Shown here piece after piece: positions 20,241 through 28,949 of a DNA stretch of 64,000 bases. The DNA is from Methylibium sp. (GTDB lineage Bacteria; Pseudomonadota; Gammaproteobacteria; Burkholderiales; Burkholderiaceae_C). The position numbers and the translations under genes are program-made. The notes below the pieces were generated by a model, which was not told the origin of the DNA, ran no database searches, and was given only the letters and a program-made list of their open reading frames with translations. Each line of letters begins with the position of its first letter. The first letter of the stretch is position 1. The DNA is taken from NCBI RefSeq assembly GCF_035762065.1, contig NZ_DASTPW010000048.1:97969-161968 (forward strand), given 5' to 3'.

Positions 20241-21409
20241 GGCGCCCGGCTCGGCGCGAGCTGTTGGGCGCGGCGCTGGCGCTGCTCGCCTCGCGCCGCG
20301 CGGGCGCCGCCGCGCCTGCCGGCACCCCGCGCCCTGCGCCCGCACCGGCAGCCGAGCCGCCGCCCGCGCGCGAGCCGGGCGCCGTGCGCCCGGGCGCGCC
20401 GCTCGCGTTCCCGCGCGACTTCGGCTCGCATCCGCAGCAGGCGATCGAGTGGTGGTACATCACCGCCGCGCTCGACGTGCCCGGCAGCGCCGAGCCCTAC
20501 GGCGGGCAGATCACCTTCTTTCGCAGCCGCACCGGCCTCGCCGCCGATTCGCCGAGCCGCTTCGCCGCCCGGCAGCTGCTGTTCGCGCATGCGGCGATCA
20601 CCGATCCGCTCGCGCGCCGGCTGCGCCACGACCAGCGCATCGCCCGGGCCGGCTTCGGCATCGCCGAGGCCTCGACCGCCGACACGCAGGTGCGCCTGCG
20701 CGACTGGAGCCTCGCGCGCCTGCCCGACGCGAGCGCGCCGGCCGGCCACCGCTACCGCGCCGTCGTCGAGGCGAACGCCGCGGCCGGCTTCGGCTACGAG
20801 CTCGACTTCGTCGCGACGCAGCCGGTGCTGCGCCAGGGCGACGGCGGCTATTCGCGCAAGGGGCCGCAGCCGGACCAGGCGAGCCTGTACCTCAGCGAGC
20901 CGCAGCTCGCGGTGCGCGGCAGCCTGCGCATCGAGGGCCGCACGCTGACGGTCACCGGCCGCGCCTGGCTCGACCACGAATGGAGCGACGCGCTGCTCGC
21001 GCCCGACGCGGTCGGCTGGGACTGGATCGGCATGAACCTCGACGACGGCGGCGCGCTGACCGCCTTCCGGCTGCGCCGCGCCGACGGCAGTGCGCTGTGG
21101 GCGGGCGGCAGCTTCCGATCGGCCCGCGGCGAACTGCGCAACTTCGGCGCCGACGAAGTCGGCTTCGAGCCGGGGCGGCGCTGGCGCAGCGCGGCGACGC
21201 AGGCGGTCTACCCGGTCGAGTGGCGCGTCGACACGCCCGCCGGCCGCTTCGAGGTGAAGGCGCGGCTCGACGCCCAGGAGCTCGACGGCAGCGGCTCGAC
21301 GGGCAGCGTGTACTGGGAGGGCCTGTCGGATCTGCTCGACGCGCGCGGCGCGCGCGTCGGCCGCGGCTACCTGGAGATGACGGGCTACGCGAACCGGCTG
21401 CGGTTCTGA
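20237..21409 (+). CDS. AttH/CrtC-like lipocalin-fold protein (hydroxyneurosporene synthase family), probably exported
   Basis: GTG start overlaps the permease stop (GTGA). The N-terminus RRPARRELLGAALALLASRRAGA is Tat-like. The motifs EWWYITA...GGQITFFR and WLDHEW...WDWIGMNLDDG are typical of AttH-like proteins that follow AttEFG-type ABC genes. Confidence 0.7.
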   Translation: MRRPARRELLGAALALLASRRAGAAAPAGTPRPAPAPAAEPPPAREPGAVRPGAPLAFPRDFGSHPQQAIEWWYITAALDVPGSAEPYGGQITFFRSRTGLAADSPSRFAARQLLFAHAAITDPLARRLRHDQRIARAGFGIAEASTADTQVRLRDWSLARLPDASAPAGHRYRAVVEANAAAGFGYELDFVATQPVLRQGDGGYSRKGPQPDQASLYLSEPQLAVRGSLRIEGRTLTVTGRAWLDHEWSDALLAPDAVGWDWIGMNLDDGGALTAFRLRRADGSALWAGGSFRSARGELRNFGADEVGFEPGRRWRSAATQAVYPVEWRVDTPAGRFEVKARLDAQELDGSGSTGSVYWEGLSDLLDARGARVGRGYLEMTGYANRLRF

Positions 21410-21416
21410 GCCGCGC

Positions 21417-22340
21417 TCACGGCAGGCGCGCCAGGCATTGCGCCACCAGCGCCAGCAGGCCGGCGGTGTCGACCTGCGTGTGCACGCGCGCCGCGCCGCG
21501 CGCGAGCGCGATCGAGCCGGCGATCGGCTCGCCGCGCACCTGCCCCTGGCTGTCGCCGGGCGAGGCGTCGACGTCGAGGCGCCACGACTGCGAAGCGAAC
21601 AGCGCGGGGCGCAGCAGCCACGCGAGCGGGCAGGCGTCGTGCAGCAGCGCGTCCTGCGTCGCGTAGGCGCGCAGCATCCGGTGCGCGAGCGCCGCGCAAC
21701 GCCCGTCGAGCGCGGCCAGCGAGTCGATCCAGGCGGCGGACATCACCGCCTTCGAGGTCACGTCAAGCCCGAACAGCTCGACCTCCGCGCCGGCCGCAAG
21801 CACCACCTGCGCCGCCACCGAGTCCGCGTGGAAGTTGAACTCGGCGCGCGGCGTGACGTTGCCGGGGCAGGTGACCGCGCCGCCCATCACCACCACCGAG
21901 CGCGCACGCCGCAGCAGCCCGGGCCGGGCGCGCTCGGCCAGCGCCAGGTTGGTCAGCGGCCCGAGCGCGACCACGGTGACGCTGCCGGCCGGCCCGTCGC
22001 CCAGCGTGCGCAGCAGGAAGCTCGCCGCCAGCTCGGCCTGCGCGGCCGGCGGCGCATCGATCGCGACGCCGCCGAGGCCGTCTTCGCCGTGCACGAGGTT
22101 GCAGCGCGCCGGGTGCGGCGCGAGCGGCTGCGCGGCGCCGGCATGGACCGGCACATCGGTGCGGCCGGCCGCGCCGAGCACGCGGCAGGCGTTGGCGGTG
22201 GTGGTCTCGACCGGCCGGTTGCCGGCGACACAGCTCACGCCGAGCAGCCGCAGCCGCTCGGGCGACGCGGCGGCGACGAACAGCGCGAGCGCGTCGTCGA
22301 TGCCAGGGTCGCAATCGATCACGACATCGAGCGCGCTCAT
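21417..22340 (-). CDS. Nucleoside hydrolase (inosine-uridine preferring / Rih family)
   Basis: VVIDCDPGIDDALAL is the N-terminal Asp cluster (DxDxxxDD) of IU-nucleoside hydrolases. The ATG overlaps the ribokinase stop (ATGA). Confidence 0.85.
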   Translation of the reverse strand: MSALDVVIDCDPGIDDALALFVAAASPERLRLLGVSCVAGNRPVETTTANACRVLGAAGRTDVPVHAGAAQPLAPHPARCNLVHGEDGLGGVAIDAPPAAQAELAASFLLRTLGDGPAGSVTVVALGPLTNLALAERARPGLLRRARSVVVMGGAVTCPGNVTPRAEFNFHADSVAAQVVLAAGAEVELFGLDVTSKAVMSAAWIDSLAALDGRCAALAHRMLRAYATQDALLHDACPLAWLLRPALFASQSWRLDVDASPGDSQGQVRGEPIAGSIALARGAARVHTQVDTAGLLALVAQCLARLP

Positions 22341-23245
22341 CGGACCGCCCCCTCGATCTCGGCGCGCGTCGGCTGCGCGGCCTGCACGCCGTGCTGGCGG
22401 CAGGCGAGGCTGGCGGCGGCGGTGGCGTGCGCGAGCGCATCGTCCAGCCCGGCGCCTTCGTGGAAGGCGGCGGCGAGCACGCCGCAGAAGGTGTCGCCGG
22501 CGCCGGTGGTGTCGCAGACCGCTACCGGCAGCGCGGCCGCCGTGCCGCGAGCGCCCGACGGCGTACAGGCGAGCGCGCCTTGCGCGCCGAGGGTCGCGAT
22601 CACCGTGCAGCCGGTGGCCGCGGCGACGCGCTCGATGCAGGCCTCGGGCGTCGGGGCCTCCAGGCCCCGCGACGCCGCCAGCGCCTGCAGCTCATGGCGG
22701 TTGACGACGAGCCAATCGATGCAAGCGGTGTCCAGGCCCGCCAGCCCGTGCGCCGGCGCCAGGTTCCACAGCACGCGGCCGCCGCAGCCCTTGACGCGCC
22801 GCGCGAGCGCGAGCGACTGCGCCGCCGGCACCTCCATCTGGAGCAGCAGCACGCTGGTGTCGGCCGCGCCCTGGGCGCCGATCCAGTCGGCGCACGGCGC
22901 CTCGTTGGCGCCGGGCGAGACGACGATCGCGTTCTCGCCGTCGTCGGCCACGTGGATCGTCGCGACGCCGGTAGCCGCGCCGCGCAGCCGGCGCACCGCG
23001 CGCAGATCGACCGCGCCGTGCTGCAGGCCGGCCAGCGCGATGCCGGCGAAGTCGTCGTCGCCGACCGCGCCGGCCAGCCGCACCGGCACGCCGTAGCGCG
23101 CGGCCGCATGCGCCTGGTTCGCGCCCTTGCCGCCGGGTGCGAGGCGCAGCGCGCCGCCCATCAGCGTCTCGCCGGGCTGCGGCAGGCGCGGCACGCGGAT
23201 CACGAGGTCGAGGTTGATCGATCCGAACACGAGCAGCGATCTCAA
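22337..23245 (-). CDS. rbsK: Ribokinase-like PfkB kinase
   Basis: LLVFGSINLDLVIRVPRLPQPGETL...APGGKGANQA matches the ribokinase N-terminal motif. The C-terminal DTTGAGDTFCG anion-hole motif is present. The proposed TTG start at 23245 overlaps the upstream stop and has GGAGG 7 nt upstream. A GTG five codons downstream is an alternative. Confidence 0.75.
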   Translation of the reverse strand: MRSLLVFGSINLDLVIRVPRLPQPGETLMGGALRLAPGGKGANQAHAAARYGVPVRLAGAVGDDDFAGIALAGLQHGAVDLRAVRRLRGAATGVATIHVADDGENAIVVSPGANEAPCADWIGAQGAADTSVLLLQMEVPAAQSLALARRVKGCGGRVLWNLAPAHGLAGLDTACIDWLVVNRHELQALAASRGLEAPTPEACIERVAAATGCTVIATLGAQGALACTPSGARGTAAALPVAVCDTTGAGDTFCGVLAAAFHEGAGLDDALAHATAAASLACRQHGVQAAQPTRAEIEGAVR

Positions 23246-24216
23246 GGGCGCGCCTCCAGTTCGGCGGCGATGCAGGCGGCGGTGCGCGACTGCTGCACCT
23301 CGGCGACGCTCTGCGCGCTCAGCGTCACGGCGCGCGCGCCGGTCGCTTCCACGCACAGGCACGCCGCCGCGCAGCCCTGCGCGAGCGCGGCCTGCAGATC
23401 CGCGCCTCGCAGGTGGGCGGCGAGGAAGGCGCCGTTGAAGCAGTCGCCGGCACCGGTGGCGTCGACCACGCGCGCGCGGTAGGCCCCCTGCAGCGCGGCG
23501 CGACCCTGGTCGTCGACGGCCAGCGCGCCGAGCGCGCCGAGCGTCACGACGAGCACGCGCGCGCGCGTCGTGCGCCGCAGCGCCTGGGCGGCCTCGATCG
23601 TCGCGGCGCGGCCGGCCACCGCGAAGAAGCCCGACTCGTTGAAGAACATCAGGTCGGCGCTGCCGGCCACCGCCGTCCACACGCCGGGCGCGGCCACCAC
23701 CGCGCGCTCGATGTCGACCGCGAGCTCGGTGCCCGTGCCGCGCGCCGCGGCGGCGAGCCGGTCGAGCGCGGCGGCGTCGTACGGCACGGTGTAGACGCAG
23801 CGGGTGCTGCGCAGCATCGCGCCGAGCTGGTCACTGCGGTCGGCGGTGTCGCGCGCGGGCACGAAGGTGATCGCGCGTTCGCCGCCGTCGGCGACGTAGA
23901 CGATGGCGGTCGCGGTCGAGACGCCGCTGCGGCGCGACAGCCAGCCGCAACCGACGCCGTAGCGCTGCAGCTCGCTGAGCAGGAAGCCGCCTTCGGGGCC
24001 GTCGCCCAGGCTGCCGAACATCGCCACCGCCAGCCCCAGGCGGCTGGCCGCGCAGGCGGCGTTGGCCTCGGTCCCGCCGGCGAAGCGCTGCGCCGACGCG
24101 CCGAGCTGCTTGTCGTCCCAGCGCGGCAGGCGCGAGCCGCGGATCACGATGTCCAGCACCGGATCGCCGACCGCGACCAGGTCGTAGCGCCCGGTACCCG
24201 TGGCCGGCGCGTTCAT
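23242..24216 (-). CDS. PfkB-family carbohydrate/nucleoside kinase (YegV-like)
   Basis: 324 aa with YDLVAVGDPVLDIV...FAGGTEANAA and the C-terminal VDATGAGDCFNGAF motif. The ATG overlaps the ARH gene stop (ATGA). Confidence 0.75.
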   Translation of the reverse strand: MNAPATGTGRYDLVAVGDPVLDIVIRGSRLPRWDDKQLGASAQRFAGGTEANAACAASRLGLAVAMFGSLGDGPEGGFLLSELQRYGVGCGWLSRRSGVSTATAIVYVADGGERAITFVPARDTADRSDQLGAMLRSTRCVYTVPYDAAALDRLAAAARGTGTELAVDIERAVVAAPGVWTAVAGSADLMFFNESGFFAVAGRAATIEAAQALRRTTRARVLVVTLGALGALAVDDQGRAALQGAYRARVVDATGAGDCFNGAFLAAHLRGADLQAALAQGCAAACLCVEATGARAVTLSAQSVAEVQQSRTAACIAAELEARP

Positions 24217-25277
24217 CGCGGCACCTCGGCGGCGGGCTGCGCCGCGATCGCGGCCAGCCCCTCGGCCAGCGCGTCGAGCGCGTAGTCGGCACGGTTGGCT
24301 TCGATGAACTCGGCCAGCAGCGCCGCCGGCAGGCGCCGCTCGCCGACCATCGCGCCGACGATCGCGCCGGCCATCGCGGCGATCGAGTCGGTGTCGTTGC
24401 CGATCGACGAGGCCAGCGCGATGGTGCGCAGCGGGTCGCCCTTCGCATAGGCCAGCACGCCGATGGCCGCCGGCACCGATTCGGCGGCAAGCACCGAATT
24501 GCCGACCTTGCGCTCGATCTCGGCGAGGAAGCGCAGGTCGTCGCCGCCGGCGCGGCCCGCGATCTCCAGCGCCATCTCAGCGCGGGCGAGCACCTGCGGC
24601 CCGGCGACCGCACGGGCGCGCTCGCGGCCGAGCCGTTCGCCGATCGTCGCGCCGCGCAGGCAGGCGCCGAGCACGCCGTCGAGGCCGTCGCCGGCCATGG
24701 CCTGCGCGCAGCCGGCGGCGATCGCGCAGGCCGCGGAGATGGCGACGTCGGTGTCGTGCGAAGGCAGGCAGGTGACGAAGGCCTGCTCGCAGGCGGCCTC
24801 GAGGTCGCCCGGATGCACCAGCCCGCAGGGCGCGACCCGCATCGCCGCGCCATTGGTATTGCCCACCGTGGTCATCTTGCGGCTCGAGCGGCCGATCACG
24901 CCCACGCGCGAGACGTCCTCGCCGCGGCGCAGCGCCTTGACGATGCCCTCGGTGCTCGGCCCCATGAAGCCGGCCTTCGGGCAGGTGTCGGCCCAGTCGA
25001 GCAGGCAGGCGATCCAGCCGGCGCGGTCGAGCGCGCCGCCGCCGGCGACGAGCGCGCGCGCGAGGTAGTACATCTGGCTCGCGTCGTCGGTGACCTCGGC
25101 CGATCGGCCGCCGTTGGCGCCGGCGAAGGTGTCGGGCGGCGGCGTGCCGAAGCGGGTGACGAGGCCGCCGTGCGCTTCGGCGATCTCGGCGATCGTCCAT
25201 TGTTCGGTCTGGGCCCCGAGTGCATCGCCCATGCCGGCGAGGAACAGCGAGCCGCGGATCCTGTCGAGCGTGTCCAT
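24213..25277 (-). CDS. ADP-ribosylglycohydrolase (ARH/DraG) family protein (YegU-like)
   Basis: 354 aa from MDTLDRIRGSLFLAGMGDALG. It includes EVTDDASQMYY and the C-terminal IGNDTDSIAAMAGAIVGA di-metal motif of the ARH fold. AGGAG lies 10 nt upstream. Confidence 0.8.
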   Translation of the reverse strand: MDTLDRIRGSLFLAGMGDALGAQTEQWTIAEIAEAHGGLVTRFGTPPPDTFAGANGGRSAEVTDDASQMYYLARALVAGGGALDRAGWIACLLDWADTCPKAGFMGPSTEGIVKALRRGEDVSRVGVIGRSSRKMTTVGNTNGAAMRVAPCGLVHPGDLEAACEQAFVTCLPSHDTDVAISAACAIAAGCAQAMAGDGLDGVLGACLRGATIGERLGRERARAVAGPQVLARAEMALEIAGRAGGDDLRFLAEIERKVGNSVLAAESVPAAIGVLAYAKGDPLRTIALASSIGNDTDSIAAMAGAIVGAMVGERRLPAALLAEFIEANRADYALDALAEGLAAIAAQPAAEVPR

Positions 25278-25282
25278 GTCGA

Positions 25283-26311
25283 TCAAGCTCCTGGTGCGAG
25301 AGAAGAAGGGTTGGCCGCCGCGGCCTGGGCGGCGGCGGCGCGTTGCAGCGCGCGCCGCTCGCGGCGCATGCGGCGCTCGGCGATGACCAGCATCGCGAGC
25401 AGCGTGACGATGGGCGGCAGCATGTAGAGCGCCTGGGCTGGCACGTTCAGCAGCCCGAGCTGCGCGGCCAGCACCGCCGAAGCGCCGAACAGCAGCGCCG
25501 CGCCCAGCGTGCCGAGCGGCCGGCGCGCGCCGAGGAAGACGGCGGCCAACGCGAGGAAGCCGCGCCCGGCCGACATGTCGGCCTGGAAGAGGTTCAGGTA
25601 GCCCATGCTCAGGTAGATGCCGCCGAGTCCGGCGAGCAGGCCGCTGGCCGCCAGCGCGAGGTACTGCACGCGCTTGACCGGCACGCCGGCCGCGCGCGCG
25701 GCCTCGGGGTTCTCGCCGACCGCGCGAAGCCGCAGCCCGAAGCGGGTGCGGCGCAGCGCCCACGCGGTCGCGGCCACCGCGACGAAGGCCGCGTACACGA
25801 GCAGGTGATGGCCCTCGCCGCCTTCGCCGTTGATCCATGCGTCGAGCAACGGCGCGGCCTCGAGGCCGGGCACGCGCAGGCTCGGCAGCGTGGCGCTGGC
25901 CAGGCTCGCGGTCGAACCCTTGTCGCCGCTGATCGTCACCATCAGGAACACGGTGAGCCCCGCCGCGAGCAGGTTCAGGCCGATGCCGGCGACGATCAGG
26001 TCGGCGCCGAACTCGAGGTGGAACACGCCGAGCAGCACGGCCAGCAGCAGCGCCGCCGCCAGCCCCGCGGCCGCGCCGACCCACGGCGCCCAGCCGGCGA
26101 GCTGCGGGAACCAGACCGGCACGAACGCCGAGCCGACCACTCCGAAGAACGCGGCGACCAGCATCAGCCCTTCGATGCCGACATTGATCACGCCGGCCAG
26201 CTCGGAGACCAGCGCGCCGAGCGCGCCGAAGACGATCGGCGCGGCCGCGCGCATCCAGGCGGCGAACACCGCCGCGGCCACCAGCGCCAGCGCCGCCGGC
26301 TCGGCGCTCAT
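25283..26311 (-). CDS. ABC transporter permease (BMP/nucleoside importer, NupQ/YufQ-like)
   Basis: 342 aa from MSAEPAAL, polytopic. It contains AVGENPEAARAAGVPV, a motif of the ribose/nucleoside permease family. The ATG overlaps the upstream stop (ATGA). Confidence 0.8.
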   Translation of the reverse strand: MSAEPAALALVAAAVFAAWMRAAAPIVFGALGALVSELAGVINVGIEGLMLVAAFFGVVGSAFVPVWFPQLAGWAPWVGAAAGLAAALLLAVLLGVFHLEFGADLIVAGIGLNLLAAGLTVFLMVTISGDKGSTASLASATLPSLRVPGLEAAPLLDAWINGEGGEGHHLLVYAAFVAVAATAWALRRTRFGLRLRAVGENPEAARAAGVPVKRVQYLALAASGLLAGLGGIYLSMGYLNLFQADMSAGRGFLALAAVFLGARRPLGTLGAALLFGASAVLAAQLGLLNVPAQALYMLPPIVTLLAMLVIAERRMRRERRALQRAAAAQAAAANPSSLAPGA

Positions 26312-27387
26312 GCGGCGGCCCCCCGCGTGCGCCGCTGCCAGGCGCGCGCCAGCGCGGCGGGCACGAAGCGCTCGCAGACGACGCACATCACGATCAGCGC
26401 CTGGATGACCAGCACCACCTCGCGCGACACGTCGCTTGATCGCTCCATCGCCGCACCGCCGGCCTTCAGGTAGGCGTAGAACAGGGCCGCCGGCAGCACC
26501 GCCTTCGGCTCGTTGCGCGCGAGCAGCGCGACGACCAGGCCCTCGAAGCCGATGCCCGGACTCAGCTCGACCGGCAGGCGCAGGAACACGGCGTTCGACA
26601 GGTGCAGCCCGGCCAGCCCCGCGAAAGCGCCGCCGAGCGCCATCGACAGCACGACGGTGCGCGCGACCGGCATGCCGCAGCGCGCGGCGAAGTCCGGCGC
26701 ATCGCCGACCGCGCGGATCTCGTAGCCCAGCGTCGTGCGGTGCAGGACGAACCAGGCCGCCAGCACCGCCAGCGGCGCGAGCAGCACGAAGGCGGTGAGC
26801 CGCGTGCGCGGCCACCACGGCGCGAGCATCGCCGCCTCGGGCAACGCGGGCGCCGCCAGGAAGCCGGCCGCCGGGTCGTTGAAGGCGTGGGTGATCACGA
26901 GCCGGTAGAGCTGGATGCCGACGATGTTGAGCATCAGCGTCGTGACGATCTCGTTGGCCTGCCAGCGCGCCTTCATCACGCCGGGGATCGCGCCCCAGGC
27001 GAAGCCGGCCGCGACCGCCGCGAGCGCCGCCGCGGGCAGCGCGAGCGCGCCGAAGGCCGCGAGCTGCACGCTGACCCAGGCGGCCGCGAGCGCGGCCACG
27101 AACAGCTGGCCGTCGGCGCCCATCGAGAACTGCCGCGCGCGCAGCCCGAACAGCACGGCGAGGCCCAGCAGCGCGAGCGTGATCGTGTCTTCCAGGACCG
27201 CACTGAAGCGCGTCAGGCGCCGCAGCGTCCAGCCGCCGTCGGCGCTCCAGGCGAGGTCGGGCAGCGCACCGGCGAGCAGCACGCGGTAGGCGCGCACCGG
27301 CTCGTCGCTGACGCAGCAGGTCAGCAGGAAGCCGGCGGCCAGCGCGACGGCGACCGCGACGAAGGAGCGGCGCAGAGAAGCGTCCAT
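26308..27387 (-). CDS. ABC transporter permease (BMP/nucleoside importer, NupP/YufP-like)
   Basis: 359 aa from MDASLRRS, polytopic, with the RAVGDAPDFAARCGMPV motif. The start shares one nucleotide with the ATPase stop (TGATG). Confidence 0.8.
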   Translation of the reverse strand: MDASLRRSFVAVAVALAAGFLLTCCVSDEPVRAYRVLLAGALPDLAWSADGGWTLRRLTRFSAVLEDTITLALLGLAVLFGLRARQFSMGADGQLFVAALAAAWVSVQLAAFGALALPAAALAAVAAGFAWGAIPGVMKARWQANEIVTTLMLNIVGIQLYRLVITHAFNDPAAGFLAAPALPEAAMLAPWWPRTRLTAFVLLAPLAVLAAWFVLHRTTLGYEIRAVGDAPDFAARCGMPVARTVVLSMALGGAFAGLAGLHLSNAVFLRLPVELSPGIGFEGLVVALLARNEPKAVLPAALFYAYLKAGGAAMERSSDVSREVVLVIQALIVMCVVCERFVPAALARAWQRRTRGAAA

Positions 27388-28949
27388 CAGGCGGGCTCCG
27401 CCAGCACGGAATCGGCGCGCATGCCGGTCATGCAACGGCCGATCGCCTGGGCGTCGGCCGTGCCGGCGTCGAAGCAGGCGACCAGCCGGCCTTCGAACAG
27501 CACCGCGATGCGGTCGGCCAGCTCGAACAGCTCGTCCAGGTCGGCCGAGATCAGCAGCAGCGCGGCGCCGCCATCGCGCAGCTCGGCGAGCGCGCGGCGC
27601 AGCGTCTGCGCCGCGCCGAGATCGACGCCGCGCGTCGGCTGGCTCGCGATCAGCAGCCGCGGCCGCGCGGCCAGCTCGCGGCCGACCAGCAGCTTCTGCA
27701 TGTTGCCGCCCGACAGCGCGGTCACCGCGACCGACTCGTCGCGCGCACGGATGCCGAAGGCATCGATCAGCCCGCGCGCGCGCCGGCGCAGCGCGGCCGG
27801 ATCGAGCACGCCGCGGCGCGACAGGGGCGCGGCGAAGTAGTCGAGCGCCGCCGCGTTGTCGGCCACGCTGAGCTGCGGCGCGAGGCCGCCGTGCAGCCGG
27901 TCTTCGGCGATGCAGCCGACGCCCAGCGCACGCGCATGCCGCACGCCGCGGCCGACGAAGCCGCGGCCGTCGATCTCGGCGCTGCCGGCGGTGGGCGCGA
28001 CGGCGCCGCACAACAGCTCGGCCAGCTTGTCCTGCCCGTTGCCTTCGACGCCGGCGATGCCGAGGATCTCGCCGGCTGCGATGTCGAACGACAGCGCATC
28101 GAGCGCCGGGCGGCCCTGCGCCCGTGCAAGCGACAGGCCGCGCACGCGCACGAGGGGCGCCGCCGCCGCGCGAACCACCGGGGCTTCGGCGCGCGGCGTG
28201 GCGCGCGGCTCGAGCGGGCGGCCGACGATCATCTCGGCGATGCGCGCCGCGGCGTGCTCGCGCACCCGCCCGGCGCCGGCGACGCGGCCGGTGCGCAGCA
28301 CGGTGAAGTCGTCGCAGAACTCGCACAGCTCGGCCATCTTGTGCGTGATCAGCACCAGCGTCAGGCCGGCGCGCACCAGCGCCGCGAGCGCGCCGAACAG
28401 CCGCTGCGCCTCGGGCGGCGACAGCAGCGCGCTCGGCTCGTCGAGCAGCAGCAGCCGCGCGCCGCGCCGCAGGGTCTTGAGGATCTCGACGCGCTGGCGC
28501 TCGCCGATCGACAGCCCGGCGACGCCGGCCGCCGGATCCACCGCGAGGCTCCAGCGCTCGGCCAGCGCCCTTACCTCGCGCTCGGCCCGGGCACGGTCGA
28601 AACGCAGGCCGCGCAGCGGCTCGTCGCCGAGCACGACGTTCTCGGCGACCGTCATCGAGCCGACGAGCTGCAGGTGCTGCGGCACCAGCCCGATGCCGGC
28701 GGCGATCGCGTCGGCCGGCCCGCGCAGGCGCAGCGGCGTGCCGTCGAGTTCGATCGCGCCGGCATCGGGCCGCTCGAGCCCGTAGAGCATCTTCATCAGC
28801 GTGGACTTGCCCGCGCCGTTCTCGCCGAGAACGCCGTGGACGCGGCCGGCCGCCACCTCGAGCGAGACGGCGTCGTTGGCGAGCACGCCGTTCGGATAGC
28901 GCTTGCTCAGCGCCGCGACCCGCAGCTTCGGCGTCGCCGGCGCGCTCAT
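27387..28949 (-). CDS. ABC transporter ATP-binding protein with duplicated NBDs (sugar/nucleoside importer type)
   Basis: 520 aa. Walker A GENGAGKST, signatures LSIGERQRVEI and LSGGNMQKLLV, Walker B LLLLDEPS. The ATG overlaps the stop of the binding-protein gene (ATGA). Confidence 0.85.
   Translation of the reverse strand: MSAPATPKLRVAALSKRYPNGVLANDAVSLEVAAGRVHGVLGENGAGKSTLMKMLYGLERPDAGAIELDGTPLRLRGPADAIAAGIGLVPQHLQLVGSMTVAENVVLGDEPLRGLRFDRARAEREVRALAERWSLAVDPAAGVAGLSIGERQRVEILKTLRRGARLLLLDEPSALLSPPEAQRLFGALAALVRAGLTLVLITHKMAELCEFCDDFTVLRTGRVAGAGRVREHAAARIAEMIVGRPLEPRATPRAEAPVVRAAAAPLVRVRGLSLARAQGRPALDALSFDIAAGEILGIAGVEGNGQDKLAELLCGAVAPTAGSAEIDGRGFVGRGVRHARALGVGCIAEDRLHGGLAPQLSVADNAAALDYFAAPLSRRGVLDPAALRRRARGLIDAFGIRARDESVAVTALSGGNMQKLLVGRELAARPRLLIASQPTRGVDLGAAQTLRRALAELRDGGAALLLISADLDELFELADRIAVLFEGRLVACFDAGTADAQAIGRCMTGMRADSVLAEPA

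Noticed and set aside
16746-20345. Very long ORFs on the opposite or shifted frames of real genes. Examples are 16746..20345 (1199 aa), 340..1830, 5659..7413, 32524..35115, 37537..40347, 46203..49559, 47578..50343 and 36336..41132.
   Set aside because: Their translations are dominated by Arg, Ala, Gly and Pro with no motifs. They overlap genes that carry clear family signatures. They are the usual stop-codon-poor shadow frames of a GC-rich genome.
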